DNA from: the human T2T-CHM13v2.0 reference genome, Homo sapiens
DNA: 64,000 bases
Assembly: GCF_009914755.1 (NCBI RefSeq)
Contig: NC_060947.1
Direction: 5' to 3' (one strand)
Shown here: piece by piece, positions 54,528-64,000 of the stretch
Layout: every line of letters starts with the position of its first letter
Numbering within the stretch: the stretch's first letter is position 1
The notes under the pieces: generated by a model
The model's database searches: none
What the model was told of the DNA's origin: nothing
The model's input: only the letters and a program-made list of their open reading frames with translations
Translations under genes and position numbers: made by a program

Positions 54528-57500
54528 GTAGAAACTGCTCTGACATTGGCAACCACAGGATACTGGAAGGACCCTGGGAAGCTGTGGGATCCCCTGGAGA
54601 TCTAGCATTCAGCATCGGCTGCCCCTATGAGAAGGGAGAGTGCAGCCCATCAAAGTGCCCTTTGGAAAAAGGGAAATGTGGTGAGGTACCATTCTCCAAA
54701 GGGACCAGCACCAGTGGCCAGAAATGGATGCGGAGAAGGGGTAAGCTTCCGCTACCCCTGTCGACTGTTGTGGATGCAGCAGAGGCCTTCCCCACTGGGG
54801 ACCGTTGTGAGTGTACCTGGAAACAACCTTTTCAGGACTACTTATGGTGGCTAGACCTGTGCTGGAAGTGTGCCCATGCCACACAGGGCATAAGGTGAAC
54901 ATAGACATTGTTCACAATGTCTATGCACATTGTGAACACATATGTTGCATGAAGGGCAGCGTTTATCTCCCACCTCTACACAGAGCATCAGTGTCCCAGC
55001 AACATAGTACAGACAAGCCACAGAGCTGTCTGCTCTGGACTGTGGGAAGAGGCTCTCCTCTGAGACCATTTCAGTGATAGCCACCAGAGGGACATTTTTG
55101 CAGACCTCGGTCACATTGCTGCTGGGAGACAAAGGACAGTGCCTATATGAGCTGAAGGTAGCAAGTCCTGTGAGAGGGGCATGATAGAGAAGCAGACCTC
55201 ATTCCTGGTGACCAGGACAAGAAGCTAGTGTAGCACCTCATGCCCTTCTCCCTGAGACCTCAGTGTGCCCCCAGTGAATTCCCTCCATCACCCTAGTCCA
55301 TGCAGGTTCTTCCACTCATCATCAGGTTACTGGAGAACAAACCAGCTCTTACTTTTCATTGCCACCCAATGGACTAGAGACTGAACTGCACCACCAACTA
55401 AAACATTCTGCTGTCAGAGGGCATATTTCTAGTGTATGAGATAAGCTTCCTGGGACCTCTGCACTGCTAGCCCCACAGAAGATAGTTTGTTGGACCTTAT
55501 GCCCGATACACCACTACAACAAGCAGCATTTAAGAAAGCCACTGCACAAAAGCTATCCATAACCAAGGAACCCCAGATCCTTAACACACTTAACGTACCC
55601 AGTAAGGAAGCCAAATGATCATACACAATATACACTATAGTCACACCCTCAAGGGGAAAAATAATAGAAAATTAAAAAGTCCCATTCAAACAATAGCAAA
55701 TTAAAAAATAAAAAGAGAGGGCTTCTTCAGGTGGAAGTAAACAGCACAAGAACTCTGACAGTACAAAAAGACAGAGTGCTTTGACACTCACAAAAGATTG
55801 TACTAGCTCTCTAGAAATGGATCCTAACCAAAATGAAAAGTCACAAATGACAGATCAAGATTTCAAAATATGGATTGTAAGGGAGCTTAAGAAGATCCAA
55901 GAGTTAGTTGAAAACCAATACAAAGAAACCAGAAAAACAATTTAGGATATGAAAGACAAGATAGATATATTAAAAGCAAGCAAGCAAACAAACAAACAAA
56001 AAACTACTAGAAACGAAAAATTCGCTGAAGGAATTTCAAAATACAGTTGAAAGCTTAAGCAATAGACTAGACCAAGCAAAAGAAATAATTTCATCACTGG
56101 AAGACCAGTCTTTTTAATAAACCCAATCAGAAAAAAAAAAAAAAAAGAAAGAAAAAAGAGTTTAAACAAATGGACAAAGACTTTGAGAAACATAAGATTA
56201 TGTAAAGTGACCAAGCCTGCAACTTACAGGCATTCTGAGAGAGAAGAAAAAGTAAGCAATTTGTAAAACATATTTGAGAGAGTAATTCAAGAACATTTTC
56301 TTGATCTTGCAAGAGAGGTAGACATCCAGATACAATAAATTCAGACAGCAACTATAAGATACTACACTAGATAACGATCACCAGGGCATATACTCCTCAG
56401 ACTATCTAAGATGAACATGAAATTAAAAAAAAAAAATCTTAAAAGCAGCTAGAGAGAAATGTCATATCACCTATTAAGGAAATCCCATCATATTAACAGT
56501 GAACATCTCAGAAGAAACTTGATAAGCCAGAAGAAATTGAGTGCCTATTTTTAGGCCTCTTAAAGAAAAAAAAAATGCCAGCCAAGAATTTCATATCCTG
56601 CCAAACTAAGCTTCATAAAGGAAAGAGAAATAAAATATTTTTAATCAGACAAATGCTAAGGGAATTCATCACCACTAGACCAACCCTACAAAAATGCTCA
56701 AAGAAGTTCTAAACATGGAAAAGAAAGGACAATACTTACCACCATAAAAACATATGTAAGTACAAAGGTCACAAATCCAATAAGGCAACTACATAATTGA
56801 AACTACAAAGCAACTAGCTAACAACACTATGACAAGAACATAACCTCACATATCAATATTAACTTTAATGTAAATGGCTGAAATGCTCCAATTAAAAGAT
56901 ATAGATTGGCAAATTAGATTTAAAAACAAGGCCCAACCATTTGCTGACTAAAAGAGAGCCACCTTATGTGAAAAGATACATACAGACTCAAAGTAAAAGG
57001 GTGGAAAAAGATATATTATGCAAATGGAAAACAAAATACAACAGGAGTTGCTATTCTTATATCAGATATAACAGACTTGAAACCAACAACAGTAAAAAAA
57101 AAAAAAAAAGATAAAAAGAGCATTATGTAATTATAAAGAGTTCAATTCATCAAGAAGATTTCATTATCCTAAATATGTATGCACCCAACACTGGAACACC
57201 CAGATTTATAAAGCAAGCACTACTATACCTAAAAAAATGAGAATGACTTTAATACAATAATAGTGGGGGATTTCAAAACCCCACTGACAGCACTAGATAG
57301 ATCATCAATGCAGAAAATTAACAAGGAAACTCTGGACTTAAACTGGAATGTTGACAAAATGGACCTAATAGACATTTACAGAACATCTTATTGACCAATT
57401 GCAGAATATACATTTTTTCTCATCTGCACATGGGATATTCTCCACAACTGACCACATGCTTGGCCATGAATCAAGTATTAATAAATTCAAAAAATGGAAT

Positions 57501-58675
57501 CATATCAAGCACCTTCTGATATTACAGTGGGATGCAATTAGAAATTAATATCAAGAGGAACTCTCAAAACCACACAAGTACATGAAAACTAAACAAACTT
57601 GCTACCAAATGACTTTGAGAAAAACAACTAAATTAAGGCAGAAATCAAAAACAATTTTGAGACAAATTAAAATAGAATCATAATATACAAAATCTCTTGG
57701 ATACACCCAAAGCAGTGCTAAGAGGAAAGTTTATAGTGTTAAACGCCTACATCAAACAAATCTATAAGGAACTCAAACAAATCAACAAGAAAAAAGCAAA
57801 TAGCCCCATTAAAAATTGGGCAGAGGACATGAGCAGACATTTTTCAAAAGAAGACAGACAAGCAGCCAACAAGCATAAAAAATGCTCAACATCACTAATC
57901 ATAAGAGAAATGCAAATCAAAACCACAATGAGATACCATCTCACACTAGTCAGAATGGCTCTTACTAAAAAAGTCAAAAACCTCAGGTGTTGTTGAAGAT
58001 ACTGAGAAAAGTGAACACTTATACACTGTTGGTGGGAAGGTAAATTAGTACAACCTCTATGGAAAACAGCATAGCAATGTCTCAATGAACTAAAAATAGA
58101 GCTATTATTTGACCCAGCAATCCCACTACTGGATATTTACCCAAAGAAAAAGAAATAATTATATCAAAAAGACACTTACACTTGTATGTTTATCACAACA
58201 CTATTCACGATAGCAAAGTCATGGTATCAACCTGAGTATTTCATCAATGGATAACTGGATAAAGTAAAAGTGGTATGTATACAATTTGGAATATCACACA
58301 GCCATAAAAAATAATAAAATAATGTATTTTGCAGCAACATGGATGGAGTTCAAGGTCATATACCTAAGTGAAATAACTCAAAAATAGAAAATCATATACT
58401 GCATATTCTCACTCATAAGCGCGATCTAAACAATGGGTATACATGGACATAGAGAGAACAATAATAAACAGTTTGGACTCCAAAATGGGGGAGGGTGGGA
58501 AGGAGATGAGGTTTGAAAAATTATCTAGTGAATTTCATCTACAATATTCACTATTCAGGGAGCAGATATGCTGGAAACCCAAACCTCACCATTGTACAAC
58601 ATTCATGTAACTAACCTGCACATGTACACCCTGAATCTATCACTTAAGAAAAATGAAAAATTCCAAAAAAGAAAA
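54528..58675 (+). mobile_element. L1PB3/4-like element: 5'UTR, ORF1 remnant, ORF2 endonuclease, large RT deletion, 3'UTR
   Basis: GC-richer 5'UTR to about 55700; ORF1 motifs (CCAAGAATTTCATATCCTGCCAAACTAAGCTTC); EN region (AATATGTATGCACCCAACACTGG); ORF 57697-57996 fuses [16 protein letters not shown] to QIYKELKQ. Confidence 0.9.
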
Positions 58676-60049
58676 GTGTTTCTGTGTCTGTGTGGGACCA
58701 GTGAGCTATATGACATGGCAAAACACAATTTCTTTTACTTTCCATTTTCTAACTTATAAAGTCGGGGGAGGGAAAGTATTCTAGAGGAATTCTAAAGTTC
58801 ACTTAAGCTCTGAATACGTAACTGTCTATTTCCTAATTCAAATAATTACATAATTTTTTCACTCTGATTTTGAAAATTATGCAATATACAACTGGAAGAT
58901 ATGAACTTCAGCAGAATATATGCCATGCTTTTATAAATGGCTGTTAAATTTTTTACTTATTTCACAGTGGGTAGATTATGACACAAACAGAAAAATGTGT
59001 TTTAATGTTACTACAGTCTACACCTTTAATCACAAAATTTAAGAGAAAAACACACAAATTATCTCATAGTCATCAAAGTATTGGGTGTGCAGCGTTGCTT
59101 AAATCCAATTCATCTGATTTCACTTAAACACATTGAATATATTCCCTACCTCTAACAAGACATAATTTAGGGAACCAAGCCTCTAATTAACCTAATACCT
59201 AGCTCTCCTTTCCTCATTATTTACTCCACTGACAGACAATTTCATTAACCTCCTCCTGTGTAATAATTTTCTCTGTCACACGTTCAGGGAAAACATATTT
59301 TCTAGCTGCACAATTTTGTGACCATGGTAAAGGACAAATGTTTTCTGAAATTCGCCAAGGAGATAAACTCTGACACCTGGCCTATTTGAGCTAGCTTGAA
59401 AATAATGGGGGGTTCTTTTTGTTCAATTGGATGAGAAATTTAGAATTTTAGATTTCCATTAATGTATTGATACTTCAGGACTTGGCACATCAGGGCATCT
59501 CATGACATTTGCATTTTAGAAATGGATCTGACAACACTATATTGAGAATAATGAGAAATTCATCTGGAGTATGGTACAAAATCCAAGCATGCAGTGATTG
59601 TCTCTGTGTTACTGATTTTGTCTGGAGGATTCAGTAGTTCTATCATCGGGTTGTGTCTTCACCAACTGAAGAGTTTAACTGCCTCCACAGGGTTGAAAAC
59701 AATTACTGAGTGTTTTTCGACGTAGGCAGACACTGGAGGGAAAATTGCCCAGTTATTTGGGGCTTAGTGAAGATAGGCCAAAAGCAAGTGCTCTGTGGGA
59801 CAGCTATCACCCACAGAAGAATGCCCTTTTAAGTTTACTTAACAACAAAGGACTATCACAGAATTTTTACAGCTGCATAACCACTAAATGGGACATATAG
59901 ACAGATATATTTACTGAGGTGAAATTCTGATGCTTTCCATTTTAAAATTAGCCAAATCATAAAATGGTCAAAGAGATAATCGTTTTCTCAACTTGTTTAG
60001 ATCATCTGAAGCTCTAACCATTTAGACTGCTAAACAACGTACACAGACA

Positions 60050-60470
60050 ATTCTTTCATTAATTCAATCAATTACCTCTTACAAAGAGATACTATCAAAG
60101 GAACTGGGGACACAACAATGAATAAGTAATACACACTTCTTTCCCCAAGTCCCTTAGAATCTAGTAGGATGAAAAACATATAGATAGATTCAATATAGTG
60201 TGTGCCAATAGATGGAGGTACAAGATCTTATGGTAGTTCATACATAGGGAGACATCCAATCCAGTTTGGAAGTGGTTCATAAAGATTTCTTAAATGATGA
60301 TAATTTGAGCTAAGACTTGAAAGATTAGTAGTTTGCTAATCTGCTGGGTGAGGCAGTAGTGCATTAGAAGCAAAGTAAATAGCAACTGCAGAGCTCAGGG
60401 ATGGCATGAACAATTGTTTGAAGGTGACAAACACAAGATCATGTTGTGGTAGAAACAAGGTTTAAGAAAG
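60050..60470 (-). mobile_element. L2 fragment (degraded)
   Basis: TTCATTAATTCAA...CTGGGGACACAACAATGAATAAG...TTTGAGCTAAGACTTGAAAGA. Confidence 0.55.
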
Positions 60471-60835
60471 AAATCATAAAAATTAATTTGTTTTCTTCTT
60501 ATCTGCCATTTTCACTAAAAGTCAAATGAAGAATAATGCCAGTTAATTGAAGGCTCTGAATAATTAAAAGTTTAAGCAACAACAATAAAATAGCACGGGA
60601 GATGAAGGGGTAAATATAACTATACTACGTGAAATATGGTCCAAGATTTAGTTTTTATTTGAAGAACGTGCAACTGACTGTGGTGCCAGGTTGGACAGTA
60701 GTGGGCCTGATTCAGGTGTGGTGTGTGTATATTGTTTTTTTTTTTTAACTGTAATTATCATCATGTGTTCTTGTCAGCAATTTGAATTCACCAGGGAGAT
60801 AATGTAAATTTTATCAACCATGCTGCTTTTACTCA

Positions 60836-60930
60836 ATCTTTTTCTTTCTCTCTCTCACCCCCCTCTCCCACCTCTCTCCCTTCCCTGTCCTTCTTCCTCT
60901 TTTTCCCACTCCCTCTCTCTATCTTGCTTT
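60836..60930. repeat. CT-rich low-complexity tract
   Basis: About 90 bp of near-pure pyrimidines. Confidence 0.8.
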
Positions 60931-61440
60931 GTTCCAAAAGTGTCATAAGGCAGCTTAGCAGTCTATAAAGATGCATGCAATACAATAAGAGAACATAAAT
61001 TGAAAATAAGTGAGAATATGAGGCAAAGGAGAAATGAAAGCAATAATGTAGAGGAGAACTAAATAAGTGGGATTAGCCAGGAAGAACATTCCATGAAGAC
61101 CTTATAGAATAGGAAAAGCTAGTCTACAATGTTGACTGTCAACCTTCTGGCACGCACCATGAAGAAGGATACACAGTTACATGATTCACAATGTCTACTG
61201 GGCAAGGGCAAACCATTGTTCAGTAGAAACACCACTTGTCCTATCCTCGATGTCTCCCATGGGAAGACACTGCACCCTGAGTTTATCAAACAAGGCACAT
61301 CAGAGAACCACAGACAAATATGTAAACTGTCTCAGATGTCCAATGGATTTGTCACCATCTCAAACTTTTTTTTCAATGTGTTCTAGGTAGGTAATCCTTT
61401 CTTTTCATGATGTGGGTCCAGTCTCACATGTACACTGGAT

Positions 61441-61882
61441 CCCATGTACACTGTTGGTGGGAATGTAAATTAATACCATTACTATGGAGAACAGTTTGGA
61501 GGTTCCTCAATAAAACAATTGAACCCATGGACATAGAGGGTGGAAGGATGGTTATCAGAGGCTGGGAAGTATGATAGGGGGGTATGGAAAGTGGGAATAA
61601 TCAATGGGTACAAAATACAGAAAGACAGAATAAAACCTACTATTTGATAGCAGAACAGGGTGACTATGGTCAAGAATTTTAAATTGTACATTTAAAAATA
61701 ACTAAAGGAGTAAAATTTGATTATTTGCAACTAAAATAATAAATGCTTGAGGGAACAGATGCCCCATTCTCCATGATATGCTTATTTCATATTTCATGTT
61801 TAAATCAAAACATCTCATGTACCCCATAAATATATACACCTACTATGTACCCACAAAAATTAAAAATTGAAAAAATTGAAAG
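61441..61882 (+). mobile_element. L1MA 3' end with an internal deletion near 61520
   Basis: TACACTGTTGGTGGGAATGTAAATTA...CTACTATTTGATAGCA...CATGTACCCCATAAATATATACACCTACTATGTACCCAC. Confidence 0.88.
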
Positions 61883-61920
61883 AAGCCAGGAAAAACATGA
61901 CCATAAAAAATATGAGCTTT

Positions 61921-62158
61921 GGCTAGGAGCAGTGGCTCATGTCTGTAATCCCAGCACTTTGGGAGGCTGAGGCAGGCAAATCACGAGGTCAGGAGTTCGA
62001 GACCAGCCTGGCCAATATGGTGAAACCCCATCCCTACTAAAAAAAAAAAAAAAAAATTAGCCGGGTGAATCACTCGAACCCAGGAGGAGGAGGAGGTTGC
62101 AGTGAGCCAAGATCACACCACTGCACTCCAGCCTGGGCAACAGAGTGAGACTCTTTCT

Positions 62159-62189
<31 letters not shown>
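61921..62189 (+). mobile_element. AluSg-like with a ~50-bp right-arm deletion and pure poly(A) linker
   Basis: TCACGAGGTCAGGAGTTCGAG; ATTAGCCGGGTG joins directly to AATCACTCGAACCC. Confidence 0.92.
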
Positions 62190-62193
<4 letters not shown>

Positions 62194-62873
62194 TTGAAAC
62201 ATCTGATAGTGCCAGAAACAAAGGAAGTGTTCAAAATTTACAACAATTAGAGTATGTAAATCAACACAGGAGCTAAGTGAAAGGGCCTCAATGGCCAAAA
62301 CAGACAATCTTAGCAACAAAATAAGGAAGCACTGAACTGTAACTCAAAGTATAAAATAAATATTAATGAATCTATATTGATATAAATAAGTAAATACATA
62401 GTGGGCATGGAGGTATTTGACAAATCTCACATAGGTTAGAATTACAAATCACTTATTTAAATACTCTGCCATAAAAATAATATAGCCTAATTCTCCACAT
62501 CTTAAATGCAGTGGCACAACCCACATTCATAGAAGCAACTCTATTTACAATACCCACATGGTGGAAGCACCCCATATGTCCATCAACAAATGTATGGATA
62601 AATAAAATGTGGTATATACATACAATGATTATTATTCAGTCTTAAATAAAGAGGGAGATTCTGACACATGATATAACATGGATGAACCTTGAGGACACTG
62701 TGCTAAGTGTAATAAGTCAGTCATAAAAGGACAAATATTGTATTTTATCCTTTTTTTTTAATGTGGGGGCACACATTGACTTCCTTCCCAAGAGTAAAAT
62801 ATAAAAAGGGGGCAGGAAAGAAAAATAACTTATCAGCTAATAAATATGAAAACCATTACCTGAGCCAGATGGT
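62190..62873 (+). mobile_element. L1MC-type 3'UTR containing an L1MB-type insert (approx. 62515-62755)
   Basis: GATAGTGCCAGAAA..GGAAGTGTTCAAAA...CAATGGCCAAA; the insert has ACATGGATGAACCTTGAGGACA..CTAAGTG.AATAAG.CAGTCA. Confidence 0.7.
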
Positions 62874-63585
62874 TGAAACCACCATTGCAAAATTATAACT
62901 GAGACAGTGAAAGAGATCTGGCCTAACCAGCTCCATCTTGCTTCTAACCTCCAAGTTCTCCTTGTTCATTCCTGAACATAGGCCAAACTAACTGTGAGGA
63001 ACTTAGTTTATAGTTTAAAAAGAAAGACAATAACAGCCTTTTTCCAAAACAAACCCTCTTCTTGCCTGGGGACTAGACTGCTTTTGTAGGACTAACAAAT
63101 TAGACAAAAGATTATAAATTATGATTTAGAAATCATGAATCTGGAGGCTACAAGATTCTGACCCTGCCCAAATTGCTCCTGGGGATAACATCACTATTGT
63201 AAAACCTAAGATCAGTGCTTCAGATATTTTGCAGATCCTCCACTTGATGGATCATCTAGCACCATTCAGATTTATAAATTGACTCATCTGATCTTGTGCC
63301 CTCCACTCAGGAACTAACTCAGCACAGGAGAACAGCTTTGACTCCCTATGATTTCATCTCTGACCCAATCAATCAGCAATCCTGACTCACTGGCCCCCCA
63401 CCCACCAAATTATCATTTAAAACTCTGATCCCCAAATAAGAGACTGATTTTTAGTATTAATAAAGCTCCAGTCTCCCGCACAGCCAGCTCTGTGTGAATA
63501 ACTCTTTCTCTATTGCAATTCCTTTTTTCTTGATAAATTGGCTCTGTCTAGGCAGCGGGAAAGGTGAACCTGTTGGGTGGTTACA
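62874..63585 (+). mobile_element. LTR8 (ERV1) solo LTR
   Basis: TGAAACCACCATTGCAAAATTATAACTGAGACAGTGAAAGAGATCTG...AATAAA...GGTGAACCTGTTGGGTGGTTACA; near-TSD TGGT/TAAT. Confidence 0.9.
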
Positions 63586-63600
63586 TAATCAAGGTCAAAT

Positions 63601-64000
63601 TGAAACCACCTTTGCAAAAAGTATAACAATGAGAAAATGATGACAGTGAAAGACATCTGATGTAACCAACCCCCATCTTGCCTTTAACCTCTGAACTGCC
63701 CTTAATCATTCCTGGGCCTGTGGCAAGCTAATTTTGGAAGACATTTAGTTTATAGTTTAAATAATAATAGTCCTTCCCCCAAACTAAACCACTAATGTAA
63801 AGCTAATAAAAGACCACCAGGTTAGGGATATATGTGAAGAGTGAGTTCTATTAAGGTGTAGACATAACTGATTAACAGCAATTATTCCAGAGGTTACAAG
63901 TTTTGCAACTTCTCTAATTTCTCCTGCAGATATCAGCATTGTAGAACCTAGAATTGGCCTTCTGAGATGTCTTTTTGAGTTTTTGCATTTGTGATGATCT
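63601..64000 (+). mobile_element. Second LTR8-family LTR (LTR8A-like), runs off the window
   Basis: TGAAACCACCTTTGCAAAAAGTATAAC..GACAGTGAAAGACATCTG..CCATCTTGCCTTTAACCTC; homologous to, but clearly diverged from, the preceding LTR. Confidence 0.85.

Noticed and set aside
55078-55095. CTCF-like GCCACCAGAGGGAC
   Set aside because: Imperfect 3' half, inside an L1 5'UTR; unsupported without ChIP data.
54584-55132. Cluster of overlapping ORFs in a GC-richer stretch
   Set aside because: Lies in the L1 5'UTR; not a CpG island or gene.

Overview
AT-rich, repeat-dense primate genomic DNA. AluY, AluS, L1PA/L1PB, THE1, LTR12 and MER41 point to a catarrhine, probably human. I recognise no protein-coding gene, tRNA, rRNA or CpG island. 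The supplied ORFs are L1 ORF2 remnants, Alu/LTR/microsatellite read-throughs or short chance ORFs. Content: several L1 relics (mostly + strand), ten Alu/FLAM copies, solo LTRs (MST/MLT1, MLT2A, THE1, MER41, MER4, LTR12, two LTR8), DNA transposons (MER2, MER5, MADE1) and many MIR/L2 fragments. Repeat subfamilies were assigned from memory of consensus sequences, so they and the boundaries of old elements are approximate. I found no convincing new biological system. The most notable signals are structural or regulatory: a perfect 108-bp tandem duplication inside an ancient MIR, a diverged ~200-bp duplication 4.7 kb apart, several templated or snap-back insertion scars, TSD-less Alu insertions at deletions, LTR12 and MER41 copies with intact CCAAT and GAS motifs, and weak exon-like segments.
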